A stretch of 64,000 nucleotides of DNA from contig NZ_JAFKIC010000120.1 of the NCBI RefSeq assembly GCF_017306585.1, forward strand, positions 104 to 64,103, read 5' to 3'. The notes below the pieces were generated by a model, which was not told where the DNA came from, did not search any database, and saw only the letters and a program-made list of their open reading frames with translations. Source of the DNA: Mesorhizobium sp. GTDB lineage: Bacteria > Pseudomonadota > Alphaproteobacteria > Rhizobiales > Rhizobiaceae. Every line of letters starts with the position of its first letter. The stretch's first letter is position 1. This document shows, in pieces, positions 12,150 through 22,259 of this stretch. The position numbers and the translations under genes are program-made.

Positions 12150-13742
12150 TCAAGCCGCCTTGTCGCGGACTTGGTAGTCCTTGATGGTGGCGAAGCGGAT
12201 CGCCTTCCAGCGCTCTGCCTCGTAGTTCAGCGAAAAGGCATGCTGGGCGAGGAACACCGGATCGTTGTCGAGGTCGCGGGCGATATCGCCGCGATGCGCT
12301 TCGACAAAGCGATGAAGCTCGGCCTTGTCGTCGGCCGAAATCCAGCGGCACACCGAAAAGCGCGACATCTCGAAATCCACCGGCAGCGTGTATTCGATGT
12401 TAAGCCGTTCCTTCAGAACGTCGAGCTGCAGCGCGCCGACGACGCCGACGATTGCGGGTGAGCCGTCCTCGGGCGAAAACAGCTGCACGACGCCCTCCTC
12501 CGCCATCTGGTGCAGCGCTTCCTTGAGTTTCTTGGCCTTCATGGCGTCGCCGAGACGGACACGGCGCAGGATTTCGGGAGCGAAGTTCGGCACGCCGCGA
12601 AACAGGATTTCCTCGCCCTCGGTCAGCGTATCGCCGATGCGCAGCGTACCGTGATTGGGGATGCCGACGACATCGCCGGCAAAAGCTTCGTCGGCGGTGA
12701 CGCGGGTGCGGGCGAAGAAGAATTGCGGCGCCGACAGGCTCATCGGCTTGCCAGTGCGAACCAGCTTGGCCTTCATGCCGCGCTCAAGCTTGCCCGAGCA
12801 CACGCGCACGAAGGCAATGCGGTCGCGGTGGTTGGGGTCCATATTGGCCTGGATCTTGAAGACGAAGGAGGTCATCTTCTCCTCCGTCGCCTCGACCTTG
12901 CGGCTGTCGGCCTCCTGCGCGCGCGGCGGCGGGCCGAAGGCGCCGAGCGCCTCGATCAGGTCGCGAACGCCATAATTGCGCAGCGCCGAGCCGAAATAGA
13001 CCGGCGTCAGATGACCTTCCCGGAAGGCTTCGATGTCGAGTGGCCGGCAGGCTTCCCGCGCCAGTTCCAGTTCCTCGATGAAAGCCTCGCGCTCATTGTC
13101 CGGCAACAGGCCGGCGACGCGGTTGGAATCGGGACCGTTGACGGGCGTGCGTTCCTTTTCGTCGTCGCCCCTGCGCACGGCGTTGAGCGCCAGATGATAG
13201 GTGCCGGAGAACGTCTTGCCGCGGCCGATCGGCCAGCTGATGGGTGCCGTATCCAACGCCAGCTTCTGCTCGATCTCGTCGAGGATCTCGAACGGGTCGC
13301 GGCTCTCGCGGTCCATCTTGTTGACGAAGGTGATGATCGGAATGTCGCGCAGGCGGCAGACCTCGAACAGCTTCAGCGTGCGCGGCTCGATGCCCTTGGC
13401 GGCGTCGATGACCATGACGGCGCTATCGACCGCCGACAGCGTGCGATAGGTGTCGTCGGCGAAATCCTCGTGGCCGGGCGTATCGAGCAGGTTGAAGACC
13501 GTGTCCTCATACTCGAAGGTCATCACCGAGGTGACGACCGAAATGCCGCGTTCGCGCTCGATCTTCATCCAGTCGGACCGTGTCTGGATGCGATCCTTCT
13601 TGGCCTTGACCTCGCCGGCGAGCTGAATGGCGCCGCCGAACAGCAGCAGCTTTTCGGTCAGCGTGGTCTTGCCGGCGTCCGGGTGGGCGATGATCGCGAA
13701 GGTGCGGCGGCGCGCCACTTCCTCTGGTATTGTGTCGGGCAT
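12150..13742 (-). CDS. prfC: Peptide chain release factor 3
   Basis: The 530-aa translational GTPase has G1 AHPDAGKTT and DTPGHEDF motifs and is RF3-like over its full length. Confidence 0.97.
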   Translation of the reverse strand: MPDTIPEEVARRRTFAIIAHPDAGKTTLTEKLLLFGGAIQLAGEVKAKKDRIQTRSDWMKIERERGISVVTSVMTFEYEDTVFNLLDTPGHEDFADDTYRTLSAVDSAVMVIDAAKGIEPRTLKLFEVCRLRDIPIITFVNKMDRESRDPFEILDEIEQKLALDTAPISWPIGRGKTFSGTYHLALNAVRRGDDEKERTPVNGPDSNRVAGLLPDNEREAFIEELELAREACRPLDIEAFREGHLTPVYFGSALRNYGVRDLIEALGAFGPPPRAQEADSRKVEATEEKMTSFVFKIQANMDPNHRDRIAFVRVCSGKLERGMKAKLVRTGKPMSLSAPQFFFARTRVTADEAFAGDVVGIPNHGTLRIGDTLTEGEEILFRGVPNFAPEILRRVRLGDAMKAKKLKEALHQMAEEGVVQLFSPEDGSPAIVGVVGALQLDVLKERLNIEYTLPVDFEMSRFSVCRWISADDKAELHRFVEAHRGDIARDLDNDPVFLAQHAFSLNYEAERWKAIRFATIKDYQVRDKAA

Positions 13743-13841
13743 TCCTGGGATATCCGTATGACAGGCCGGGCTTCTAGCAGCGCAAGGCCGGGCTGTCGAC
13801 CGGTCCGGCGGCGCTGATGCCGCCGGAGACCGGTGGCCGCT

Positions 13842-14759
13842 TCAGGCCAGTTCGCTCATGCGGCTTGCCTCGGCGATCCCCGGAAGCCAATCGGCGATGG
13901 CGGCGCCTATCGCGTCGGCATGATCTTCCTGGAGATAGTGCGCGCCCGGCCCGAGATTGATGAAGCGGCAGTTCGTCAGCCCGGACGCGAATTCCTTGGC
14001 CGCCTCAGGCGAGATCAGCGCGCCGGGGTCACCCGCGAAGAGCAGTTTTGGATAGGTGGACAGCCGCAGCGCACGATGGTCGTGCCGGCTGATGGCGGCG
14101 ACGTCGGCGGGCTTGCCCTCGATCGGCAACTCCCGGGGCAGGCGCAGCACCGGCTTGCGGGATTGCGGCGTCTGGAACGGCGCCCGATAGACCGCCATTT
14201 CTTCATTGCTCATGGTCCGCAGCACCGAGGCAGGCAGCACCTTCTCGACGAAGACATTGTCTTCCAGGACGAGTTTTTCACCGATATCGGGGGTGCGCAG
14301 CGCCTTGAACAGGTCGCGGGCCTGCGGCCGCTGGTGGAAATCCTCCCAGCGCTCGAACGGCCGGATGAATTCCATGAAAGCGAGGCCGAGGATACGCCTT
14401 GGCCGCCGCGCCGCGAGATGGAAGGCCAGCGCCGTGCCCCAATCCTGCGCGACCAGCACGACCTCTCCGATGTCGAGCGCGTCGAGGAAGGCATCGAGAT
14501 AGCGGACCTGATCGAAGAAGCGATAGTCGATATCGGGCTTGCCGGACTGGCCATAGCCGATGAGGTCGGGCGCGATGCAGCGGCCATGAGGCGCGACATG
14601 CGGGATGATGTTGCGCCAGATATGCGACGACGTCGGATTGCCGTGCAGGAACAGCACGGTTGGGCCTGCGGTTCCGGCCTCGACATAGGACATGGTGGAA
14701 TCGAGCACGGGAATCTCAAAGCGTTTCGGTGAATGAGACGTGTCGGCTTTCGAGGTCAT
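13842..14759 (-). CDS. Haloalkane dehalogenase (alpha/beta hydrolase, HLD-II type)
   Basis: HGNPTSSHIWRN, a nucleophile elbow AQDWGTALA and a C-terminal GAHYLQEDH are present. The ATG at 14759 overlaps the tetR stop as ATGA. Confidence 0.85.
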   Translation of the reverse strand: MTSKADTSHSPKRFEIPVLDSTMSYVEAGTAGPTVLFLHGNPTSSHIWRNIIPHVAPHGRCIAPDLIGYGQSGKPDIDYRFFDQVRYLDAFLDALDIGEVVLVAQDWGTALAFHLAARRPRRILGLAFMEFIRPFERWEDFHQRPQARDLFKALRTPDIGEKLVLEDNVFVEKVLPASVLRTMSNEEMAVYRAPFQTPQSRKPVLRLPRELPIEGKPADVAAISRHDHRALRLSTYPKLLFAGDPGALISPEAAKEFASGLTNCRFINLGPGAHYLQEDHADAIGAAIADWLPGIAEASRMSELA

Positions 14760-15352
14760 GGGTTCGGCTCCCTGGCGAAGACTGTGGCGAAGATGATGTT
14801 CTTGAACCGCTCGAGCGGCACGGGGCTGCGTTCGACCTTCATGCGCAGCATGGCGCCCTGCCATGAGGACAGCAGGAAGTCGGCGAGATCCTCGGCATCG
14901 AAGGCCCGCGTGATGTTCCCCGCCGCCTGGCCTTCGGCGATGCAGGCCGCGAAGGGCTGACGCCAGCGTTCGAAGATGGCCACGAGTTGCAAGCGAAGCG
15001 GCTCGCTGTGAACAGCCGTTTCCAGGCTGAGATTGCCGATCATGCAGCCGCGCGCCCAGTCATGGGCTTCGAGCTTCGACGTGATGACATCGAGATAGCG
15101 GCGCAGCCTGCCAACCGGCGGGGTGCCGTCCTGCGCCAGCGCCTGTTCGACCAGTCCGCTGACATAGGCGAAGTAGCGGTCCAGCACCTCGCCGGCGAAC
15201 GCCTCCTTCGAGGCGAAATGGTTGGTGAACGAGCCCGGCCGAGCATCGGCCGCGGCAACGATGTCGCGCACGCCGGCGGCGGCGTAGCCTGAGTCCCAGA
15301 GGGTCCGGAAACCGGCGTCGAGGAGTTTTTCGCGGAGTGATTGTCTAGCCAT
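14756..15352 (-). CDS. TetR/AcrR-family transcriptional regulator
   Basis: An N-terminal HTH is present (GYAAAGVRDIVAAADARPGSFTNHFASKEA). I prefer the ATG at 15352 over the TTG at 15358. The stop overlaps the dehalogenase start. Confidence 0.85.
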   Translation of the reverse strand: MARQSLREKLLDAGFRTLWDSGYAAAGVRDIVAAADARPGSFTNHFASKEAFAGEVLDRYFAYVSGLVEQALAQDGTPPVGRLRRYLDVITSKLEAHDWARGCMIGNLSLETAVHSEPLRLQLVAIFERWRQPFAACIAEGQAAGNITRAFDAEDLADFLLSSWQGAMLRMKVERSPVPLERFKNIIFATVFAREPNP

Positions 15353-15360
15353 GGTCAAAT

Positions 15361-15378
15361 AATACGTACGTACGTATT
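15361..15378. promoter_or_regulatory. 18-bp perfect palindrome; candidate TetR operator
   Basis: aatacgtacgtacgtatt is its own reverse complement and contains (TACG)3. It lies 9 nt upstream of the tetR ATG, in the divergent tetR / FAD-oxidoreductase intergenic region. Confidence 0.45.
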
Positions 15379-15481
15379 TATGTCAAGGCCGATAATTTTG
15401 ATGGCCGCTCTGTTGGCAAACGGGCGACCGGATGGCACTGGAGTGAGCCCTCCCCTGGGATCAGAACCGCAAGGAGCGAAC

Positions 15482-16555
15482 ATGGCCGCGGCGAAGGAAG
15501 TCATCGTCATCGGCGCCGGTATCATCGGCGCTTCGATCGCCTGGCATCTGACGAGGTCCGGAGCACGGGTGACCGTCATCGCCGACAGCGCGCCCGGCGG
15601 CATCGCGACGCCGAATTCCTTTGCCTGGATCAATGCGAGCTGGGGCAATCCGGAGCCCTATTTCCGGCTGCGCACCCGTGCGATGGCCGAATGGACGCGG
15701 TTGGCCAGGGATTTGCCGGGCCTGCCGCTCAGCTGGTGCGGCGGCCTGTGCTGGGATCTGTCGGCGGCCGACATGAAAACCTACGCCACACAGCATTCAT
15801 CCTGGGGCTACGGCATCGAACGCGTCGACCGTGCCAGGGCGGGGCGCATCGAGCCCAATGTCGCGGAGCTTCCGGATTTCGCGTTGCATGTCGCCGAGGA
15901 AGGTGTGACCGAACCGGTCGCGGCCACGAAAGCCCTGTTGGCCGACGCCGAGCGCCACGGCGCACGCATCCTGTCCAGCACCGTCACGGCGCTTGCCCGG
16001 ACAGACGGCAGGGTTACGGGCGTCGACACTTCGCATGGGCTGGTCGCGGCCGACGACGTCGTGATCGCGGCTGGCGTGGGCTCGCCCGATATCGCCGCCA
16101 CGGCCGGCATCACGTTGCCGATCGAGACCCCGCCCGGCCTGATCGTCCATTCGCGGCCATACAGAAGACTGCTCAACGGCCTGGTGCTGGCCGAGCGGCT
16201 GCACATGCGACAGACGGCCGAGGGCCGTATCATCGCCGGCTCGGATTTCGGCGGCGCCGAACCCGGCCTGGATGCCGAAGCCACCGCACGAGACCTGTTT
16301 GCGGCCCTGAAAACCAGCCTGCGCGATAGCGACGGGCTGGAGCTGGATTTCCATACGGTGGGCTTCCGGCCGACGCCGATCGATGGTTTTCCGATCATCA
16401 GCCGCGCCGAAGGCACGGATGGGCTCTATATCGCGGTCATGCATTCCGGCATCACGCTTGCCCCGGCCGTCGGCCTGTTCGCAGCGCGCGAAATTCTCGA
16501 CGGCGAGCGCGATCCGCTGCTCGCGCCTTACGGCTTGTCGCGCTTCGCTCAATAA
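15482..16555 (+). CDS. FAD-dependent oxidoreductase (DAO / D-amino-acid-oxidase-like family)
   Basis: The ATG at 15482 is preceded by AAGGAG. A Rossmann motif VIVIGAGIIGASIAWHL is present. The upstream 47 codons of the ORF cross the operator region. Confidence 0.8.
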   Translation: MAAAKEVIVIGAGIIGASIAWHLTRSGARVTVIADSAPGGIATPNSFAWINASWGNPEPYFRLRTRAMAEWTRLARDLPGLPLSWCGGLCWDLSAADMKTYATQHSSWGYGIERVDRARAGRIEPNVAELPDFALHVAEEGVTEPVAATKALLADAERHGARILSSTVTALARTDGRVTGVDTSHGLVAADDVVIAAGVGSPDIAATAGITLPIETPPGLIVHSRPYRRLLNGLVLAERLHMRQTAEGRIIAGSDFGGAEPGLDAEATARDLFAALKTSLRDSDGLELDFHTVGFRPTPIDGFPIISRAEGTDGLYIAVMHSGITLAPAVGLFAAREILDGERDPLLAPYGLSRFAQ

Positions 16556-17922
16556 CCGGGCGGACGACGAAAACCGCCGGTCAACGATTCGATCGCCTTG
16601 GCCACGCCGAGCAGCCGCGATTCCGACCAGCGTTTGCCAACCAGTTGCAGGCCGATCGGCAGACCGTCGCGGTCCTGTCCGCATGGCATCGAAAGCGCCG
16701 GATGGCCGCTGTAGTTGAAGATGGCGCCATAGGCCGGCAGCATCCAGTAGCTTTGCTCCCTGCCGTCGACGTCGATGGGCGTGCCAGGCTCGCAATGCGC
16801 AAAGGCCGTGGTCATTGCGACGGGACAGAGCAGCGCGTCATAACCGTCGAAAAAACCGTCCCAGGCGAGGATGGATTTGTCGCGGCGCGCCAGCGCCTCG
16901 AACCAGCGCGAGACCGATGACGGCTGCTTCGGCGGTTCCGGCTGCGCCGCCTCCATCATCATGCCGATCAGCGCGCCGCCTTGCTTGAGATCATCGTGCA
17001 GATCGAGGCTGGGCAGCTTTGCTTCCTCGACGATGGCGCCGGCGGATTGCAGCTGCCTCGCCAAATTCTCGACCGCGACGCTGATTTCGCCGGCCATCGG
17101 GAAGCCCGGGAAGGACGGCGCGAAAGCGATGCGCAGCGTCTTGAGGTCGAGAGCGGGAATGGGCTCGACCGGGACCGGCGCGAGATCGGTGTCGCGGCCG
17201 TCCGGGCCAGCGACGATCCGGTAGATCAAAGCCAGATCATCCACGCCGCGCGCCAACGGCCCGAGGCACGACATCAGCCTTACACTGCCGGCTGCATTGC
17301 CGGGATTCGGAAAAGCGCCGGCCAGCGAGATGCGGTGCTCCGTCGGCTTCAGCCCATGGACGCCGCAGAAGGCGGCGGGCAGCCGGATCGAACCCTGCAT
17401 ATCGGTGCCGATGTCGAACGGCGTCATCCCGGCCGCGACTGCCGCCGCGGCGCCGCCGCTGGAGCCGCCGGCGGTGCGCTCGAGCTTCCACGGATTGGCG
17501 GTGCGGCCGAACAGCGGGTTGCTCGACTGCCAGTCCGACAGCATGGCAGCGACATTGGTCCTGGCCATCAGCACGCCGCCGGCCGCCTTGAGCCTGGCGA
17601 CAACCGGACTGTCTTCCTTCGCCACATAATCGGCGAAAGGCGGGAAGCCGACCGTGGTCCTCATGTCCGATGTCTCGTGCGTGTCCTTCAGCGTAAAGGG
17701 CACGCCATGCAGCGGTCCGGGCGCTTCGCCGCGCGCGAGCGCCGCATCCGCCTTTTTTGCGCGTTCGTACGCGCCTTCGCGGTCGAGCGAGATGACGGCG
17801 TTGATTGCCGCGTTGTGACTGTCGATCTGCGCCAGATGGGCGTCGAGAACTTCGACAGCGGAGATTTTACGCGCGGCGATCGCGGCGGCGAGTTCGATTG
17901 CCGAGGAGAAGGCGAAGTCCAT
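16549..17922 (-). CDS. Amidase (amidase-signature family)
   Basis: The 457-aa protein has the AS-family signature GGSSGGAAAAVAAG and a conserved GTDMQGSIRLPA block. Confidence 0.85.
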   Translation of the reverse strand: MDFAFSSAIELAAAIAARKISAVEVLDAHLAQIDSHNAAINAVISLDREGAYERAKKADAALARGEAPGPLHGVPFTLKDTHETSDMRTTVGFPPFADYVAKEDSPVVARLKAAGGVLMARTNVAAMLSDWQSSNPLFGRTANPWKLERTAGGSSGGAAAAVAAGMTPFDIGTDMQGSIRLPAAFCGVHGLKPTEHRISLAGAFPNPGNAAGSVRLMSCLGPLARGVDDLALIYRIVAGPDGRDTDLAPVPVEPIPALDLKTLRIAFAPSFPGFPMAGEISVAVENLARQLQSAGAIVEEAKLPSLDLHDDLKQGGALIGMMMEAAQPEPPKQPSSVSRWFEALARRDKSILAWDGFFDGYDALLCPVAMTTAFAHCEPGTPIDVDGREQSYWMLPAYGAIFNYSGHPALSMPCGQDRDGLPIGLQLVGKRWSESRLLGVAKAIESLTGGFRRPPGY

Positions 17923-18064
17923 GATCAGCGCTCCAGCTTGGCCACGCTTGCCCTGGTGGAGATGGCGGACAGCAGTGCGGCTTCAAGTGGAATTGAGCAC
18001 TCGGCATTGAATAGCGCTTGATCGAAATTGCGCCGCCGATATTGATCCAGGCCAGCGCTCTACG

Positions 18065-18218
18065 GCGCCCCCTCTGTCCTGCCGGACATCTCCCCCACAA
18101 GGGGGGAGATTGGATGTCGCCACGGCTTTCGCCAATCTCCAACGTTGCAGGACTGTGCGGGCGCCGAAACTGCCAATCTCCCCCTCACGGGGGAGATGTC
18201 CGGCAGGACAGGGGGCGC
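18065..18218. repeat. Inverted pair of GC-rich hairpin repeat units (family A)
   Basis: gcgccccctctgtcctgccggacatctccccc-acaa-ggggggagat lies at the left end, and its inverted copy atctccccc-tcac-gggggagatgtccggcaggacagggggcgc lies at the right end, separated by about 60 bp. Confidence 0.85.
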
Positions 18219-18249
18219 GAAGTGACGCGACGTAGCCGGTTGACTAGAA

Positions 18250-19050
18250 CTACCCCACCAGCGCCAGCTTGGCTGCCGCCGGAGCAAACGGCCGGATGGC
18301 GACGCCATCCCGGGTCATGGTGACAAAGCTCGACGGCGGTACCGCCTGCCAATCGCCGCCCTCGCGGTCGAATGGCTCGGAAACGATGCAGCGGCCGCCG
18401 CCCTTGCGCAGGGCGGACGTGTAGAGCGTCGGCGCGTGGGCATCGGTGGCATAGCGCACCGCGTACAGCGCCTGGCCGTCGGAGAAAGCGGCGGTGAGTT
18501 TGAGCGCCGGTTCGAGGCCGGCGCGGCGCGAGGCCTCGAGCACGCGGCTGGTGGCGCGCGACACGGCACCTTGCGGATCAGCGGCCAACCCCTCGTCGAT
18601 CATAAGAAGAAAGAAGAGTTCGGAATCCGTGGTGCCTTCGCGCTGGTCGAAGACTGGATCGGACAGCGAGTTCTCCAGCGCGCGGCGGATTTTCTCGAAG
18701 CCGCCGATCTGGCCATTGTGCATGAACGACCAGCGGCCGGAGATGAAGGGGTGGCAGTTCATGCGGCTGGTGGCGCCGCCGGTCGAAGCCCTGACATGGG
18801 CGAGGAACAGGCCGGATTTGATCTGCCGGCACAGGCTTTTCAGATTGGGATCCGACCAGGCCGGCAGGATGTCGCGGTAGAGGCCGGGCTCGGGGCGGTC
18901 GCCATACCAGGCGAGGCCGAAGCCATCGCCATTGGTCGGCGACTTCGCTTCCTGCGCGCAATGGCTTTGGGCGATCAGCGAGTGACAGGGTGCCGTGAGG
19001 ATGTCTTCCAGAAAGACCGCTTCACCGAGATAGGCCGCCCACCGGCACAT
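18250..19050 (-). CDS. Class II (Ntn-type) glutamine amidotransferase-domain protein
   Basis: It starts MC (a catalytic Cys2 after Met removal is typical of class II GATases), followed by NGDGFGLAW and HVRASTGG ... NCHPF blocks. Confidence 0.8.
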   Translation of the reverse strand: MCRWAAYLGEAVFLEDILTAPCHSLIAQSHCAQEAKSPTNGDGFGLAWYGDRPEPGLYRDILPAWSDPNLKSLCRQIKSGLFLAHVRASTGGATSRMNCHPFISGRWSFMHNGQIGGFEKIRRALENSLSDPVFDQREGTTDSELFFLLMIDEGLAADPQGAVSRATSRVLEASRRAGLEPALKLTAAFSDGQALYAVRYATDAHAPTLYTSALRKGGGRCIVSEPFDREGGDWQAVPPSSFVTMTRDGVAIRPFAPAAAKLALVG

Positions 19051-19065
19051 GGCTTCTATCGTCCT

Positions 19066-19314
19066 CTAGGCACGATCCATCAGAGCCACTGGCTCCTTGG
19101 CGGCGTGCGAGCCTCTGTTGTGCGTCCGCTCGTAAAGCTCACGGACGATTCGGCTGGCTGTAGTCTCGAAGAGAAATGGCAAGAAAGCGTGAACGAGCGC
19201 GGCGCCCGCCGCCATCATGAGGCGCGAGGAGAACCAGGCGGCGAAGGCCATATGGCCGAAATAGGTCTCGCCGACCTTGGCCGGGTGCGATGTGAAAATC
19301 CGAGCGACCGACAT
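19066..19314 (-). CDS. Small hypothetical membrane protein
   Basis: The 82-aa protein has a hydrophobic core (FGHMAFAAWFSSRLMMAAGAALVHAFLPFLF). It lies 15 nt upstream of the GATase gene on the same strand. I recognise no family. Confidence 0.5.
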   Translation of the reverse strand: MSVARIFTSHPAKVGETYFGHMAFAAWFSSRLMMAAGAALVHAFLPFLFETTASRIVRELYERTHNRGSHAAKEPVALMDRA

Positions 19315-19427
19315 GAAGGTCCCCTTCCGCGCTTGAGTTCCGATATGAGTATCCTGGCATGCCTCGCCGGTTCATCGGTCTCAAAATGTCCTTGTATTTG
19401 ACATACTGGTGGGACAAGCATCCCAAT

Positions 19428-19898
19428 ATGGCTTTCGAAATCGACGAAATCGACCGAAAATTGCTGGGAGAATTGCAACGCGACGGCACCTTGTCGGTCG
19501 ACCAGCTGTCGGAGCGGGTGGCTTTGTCGCGCAATGCCTGCTGGCGGCGCGTCAAGCGGCTGGAAGAGGAAGGCGTCATTACCGGACGGGTGGCGCTGGT
19601 CGATGCCGAGAAGCTCGGCCTTGGCCTGTCAGTGTTCATCCTGATCCGCACATCCAACCATGATCCGGACTGGCTGCGGAAGTTCCGCGCCGCGGTGACC
19701 GGCTTTCCCGAAATCATCGGCGTCTACCGTATGTCGGGCGATCTCGACTATGTCCTGCGCGCCCGCGTCGCCGACGTGAAGGCCTATGACCGGCTCTACC
19801 AGCGGCTGATCGCCAGGGTGGCGCTGTCGGACGTCTCGGCCTCCTTCGTCATGGAGGAGATCAAGGAGACGACGGTGGTTCCGATGGAAGTGCGTTAA
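19428..19898 (+). CDS. Lrp/AsnC-family transcriptional regulator
   Basis: From the ATG at 19428 the sequence reads MAFEIDEIDRKLLGELQRDGTLSVDQLSERVALSRNACWRRVKRLEEEGVI, followed by an AsnC-type ligand-binding domain. Confidence 0.85.
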   Translation: MAFEIDEIDRKLLGELQRDGTLSVDQLSERVALSRNACWRRVKRLEEEGVITGRVALVDAEKLGLGLSVFILIRTSNHDPDWLRKFRAAVTGFPEIIGVYRMSGDLDYVLRARVADVKAYDRLYQRLIARVALSDVSASFVMEEIKETTVVPMEVR

Positions 19899-20003
19899 CG
19901 GCGCGATCCGGCAGACTGGCCATAGTGGTGCCCTAAAGAAAGCCGTTGATACGTCTGCAGGCGAATTGACCGAATCGGCAATCGCGCCGATAGGATCACT
20001 TTT

Positions 20004-20489
20004 ATGCGCGCAGCTCTCCAAACTCCCTCCGTCATCGGTCCGACTGTCGGCTTCGTCAGGTTGCCGCATGCTGAAGGCCTTCCGCTCCCCGCCTATGAAA
20101 GCGCCGGCGCCGCCGGCATGGATTTGCGCGCGGCGGTGCCCGACGACCGTCCGCTGCTGATCCTGCCGGGGAAGCGCGCTCTGGTGCCGACCGGTCTGAT
20201 CCTGGAAATTCCCGAGGGCATGGAAGGCCAGGTGCGGCCACGCTCCGGCCTCGCCTTCAAGCATGGCCTGACCGTGCTCAATTCACCGGGCACGGTCGAC
20301 AGCGACTATCGCGGCGAGGTGAAGGTGCTGCTGGTCAATCTCGGCGACGAGGATTTCGCCGTGACGCGCGGCATGCGCATCGCCCAGATCGTATTCGCTT
20401 CCGTGACGCAAGCAACGGTGGAAGAGCGTTCGCTGGCCGGCGGTACGGCGCGCGGGGCGGGCGGATTCGGATCGACCGGCACAGCGTGA
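20004..20489 (+). CDS. dut: dUTP diphosphatase
   Basis: Conserved dUTPase motifs are present: [23 protein letters not shown] and a C-terminal [10 protein letters not shown]. Confidence 0.93.
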   Translation: MRAALQTPSVIGPTVGFVRLPHAEGLPLPAYESAGAAGMDLRAAVPDDRPLLILPGKRALVPTGLILEIPEGMEGQVRPRSGLAFKHGLTVLNSPGTVDSDYRGEVKVLLVNLGDEDFAVTRGMRIAQIVFASVTQATVEERSLAGGTARGAGGFGSTGTA

Positions 20490-21148
20490 ACAAGATACCC
20501 AAGCTTGTCATCTTCGACTGCGACGGGATTCTCGTCGACACCGAAAATCTCGCCAACCGGCGCCTCGCCGAATGGCTGAGCGCTGCCGGCTATCCCACGA
20601 CCTTCGAATATTGCCGCAAGCATTTCTCCGGCCGCAGCATGGTCTCGGTGCAGAAGGAGATCGAGGGGCAGACCGAGGTCAGGCTCGGCGCCGATTTCGT
20701 CGATCGCTGGAATGCCGGCCTGCCGGACCTGTTCTCGCATGGCGTCGAGGCAATCCCCTATGTCAGGGAGTTCATCGAGGCGGTGCGCGCGGCCGGCATC
20801 GCCTATTGCGTCGCCACCTCGGCGAGGGTGTCGAAGATGCACATCACGCTCGGCCAGACCGGCCTGTTGCCGCTGTTCGAACATGCACTGTTCAGCGCCA
20901 CCATGGTGTCGCGCGGCAAGCCGTTCCCGGACCTGTTCCTCCACGCGGCCACGACAATGGGCTTTGCACCCGCCGACTGCATCGTCATCGAGGACAGCGT
21001 CGCCGGCACACAGGCCGGCATTGCCGCCGGCATGCGGGTGTTTTCCTACCATGGCGACCCGTACTCCGACCGCGATGGCCTGATCCAGGCCGGCGGCGTC
21101 CTGTTCGACGACATGCGCGAACTTGCGGGGCTGGTGCCGATCCACTGA
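20486..21148 (+). CDS. HAD-superfamily hydrolase (subfamily IA)
   Basis: HAD motif I is [13 protein letters not shown] and a late motif [15 protein letters not shown] is present. The GTG start overlaps the dut stop (GTGA). Confidence 0.8.
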   Translation: MNKIPKLVIFDCDGILVDTENLANRRLAEWLSAAGYPTTFEYCRKHFSGRSMVSVQKEIEGQTEVRLGADFVDRWNAGLPDLFSHGVEAIPYVREFIEAVRAAGIAYCVATSARVSKMHITLGQTGLLPLFEHALFSATMVSRGKPFPDLFLHAATTMGFAPADCIVIEDSVAGTQAGIAAGMRVFSYHGDPYSDRDGLIQAGGVLFDDMRELAGLVPIH

Positions 21149-21249
21149 CGTCGCCTATCCGACGGATGGGCTGCGCGGCTCCGGAGGCTGTGCTAGCCTA
21201 GAGCGGTTCAGCGTTTGATAGAATCGCTGACCCGCTCTAAGTTGTTGTT

Positions 21250-21303
21250 TTTACGCAATTCCGGACGGAAAACCGCTACGCACTTTTCCTGGAATTACGC
21301 TAG
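21250..21303. repeat. RIME-like ~55-bp intergenic repeat (family C)
   Basis: tttacgcaattccggacggaaaaccgctacgcacttttcctggaattacgctag closely matches 25931-25984. Internal arms are gcaattcc/ggaatt(a/g)c. A 15-bp-stem hairpin precedes it at 21199-21240. Confidence 0.75.
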
Positions 21304-21334
21304 TCACTGCTTGCGGTCGGGGGCGACAATCGGC

Positions 21335-22186
21335 ATGTCAGGATTTTGGTATCGTCTCGTCTTCATCTGCCTGCTGCTGCCATTGCCCTGGAGCCAGGCT
21401 GTCGCCCAGGACGCTGCCACCGTTGAACTCAAGGCAGCGATCGCCGGCCACGCCGACACCACCTATGCCGATCTCGTCAGGATGGTCATTCCGGATCTCA
21501 CGGCGAAGGACGACTACCATGTCGGTTCCTCACCCATCGAGATGCGGCACATTGCCGGTCCCGAAAGTGACAGTTCGCCCCCGGAATCATCGAGCATCTT
21601 CAGCGTCGCCGTGTTCGCCATGAAGGCCGGCGGCAAGGACCGGCTGGCCATGCTGTTCGACCTCGGCCAATCACCCGACAGCGCGGAGGGCTACGCCGTG
21701 CTGGCGCTTTACGATCTCACGGGCAAGCCGAGGCTGCTCGATGCCGTCAATGTGGCGACGGACCGCTTCACCTTCTTCCGCCAGCCCGGCAAATTGTCGC
21801 TCGGCGCCGACAATGACGCTCTGATGATCTCGAGCACCCATTTCAATTCGAGCCAGGGTTATATGTCTACCCCGGTCGTTCTGGTGCGCAATGACCGTTT
21901 CGAGCTGATCGACATAATCGACACGTTCGACGAGAATGTCTGCTCCTACAAACGCTCGCAGAACCTGGCCTTCCAGTCCCTCGAAGACGGCCAGCCATAC
22001 AGGGCTATCAAGGCCGATATAACCGACACGACCGTACCGACCGGAGAGGATTGCGGCGAAGAACCGCCACAAGCGGCCACAAGCGACATCTCCGTGACAT
22101 ACCACTGGGACAAGACGGCGGCGCGATATGTCGCGGATTCCGACGCCTTCGAGAAATTGTCAGCAGAAAACGCCAAACGGTTCTGA
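21335..22186 (+). CDS. Hypothetical secreted protein
   Basis: The ATG at 21335 gives a signal-peptide-like N-terminus MSGFWYRLVFICLLLPLPWSQAVAQDA. The upstream 40 codons of the ORF are read-through of the family C repeat. I recognise no family. Confidence 0.6.
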   Translation: MSGFWYRLVFICLLLPLPWSQAVAQDAATVELKAAIAGHADTTYADLVRMVIPDLTAKDDYHVGSSPIEMRHIAGPESDSSPPESSSIFSVAVFAMKAGGKDRLAMLFDLGQSPDSAEGYAVLALYDLTGKPRLLDAVNVATDRFTFFRQPGKLSLGADNDALMISSTHFNSSQGYMSTPVVLVRNDRFELIDIIDTFDENVCSYKRSQNLAFQSLEDGQPYRAIKADITDTTVPTGEDCGEEPPQAATSDISVTYHWDKTAARYVADSDAFEKLSAENAKRF

Positions 22187-22259
22187 GCCAACCGCATTCG
22201 TTTGCCCGGCCGGGAACAGCGCTGTAGCATCCGCCCAAAATTCATGATGGGGAGCACTC

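Noticed and set aside
18018-18323. ORFs encoding ..[13 protein letters not shown].. at 18018-18323 and again at 26843-27283 could look like a conserved small protein.
   Set aside because: The conserved peptide is simply the translation of the family A hairpin repeat. The flanking ORF sequence is unrelated between the two loci.
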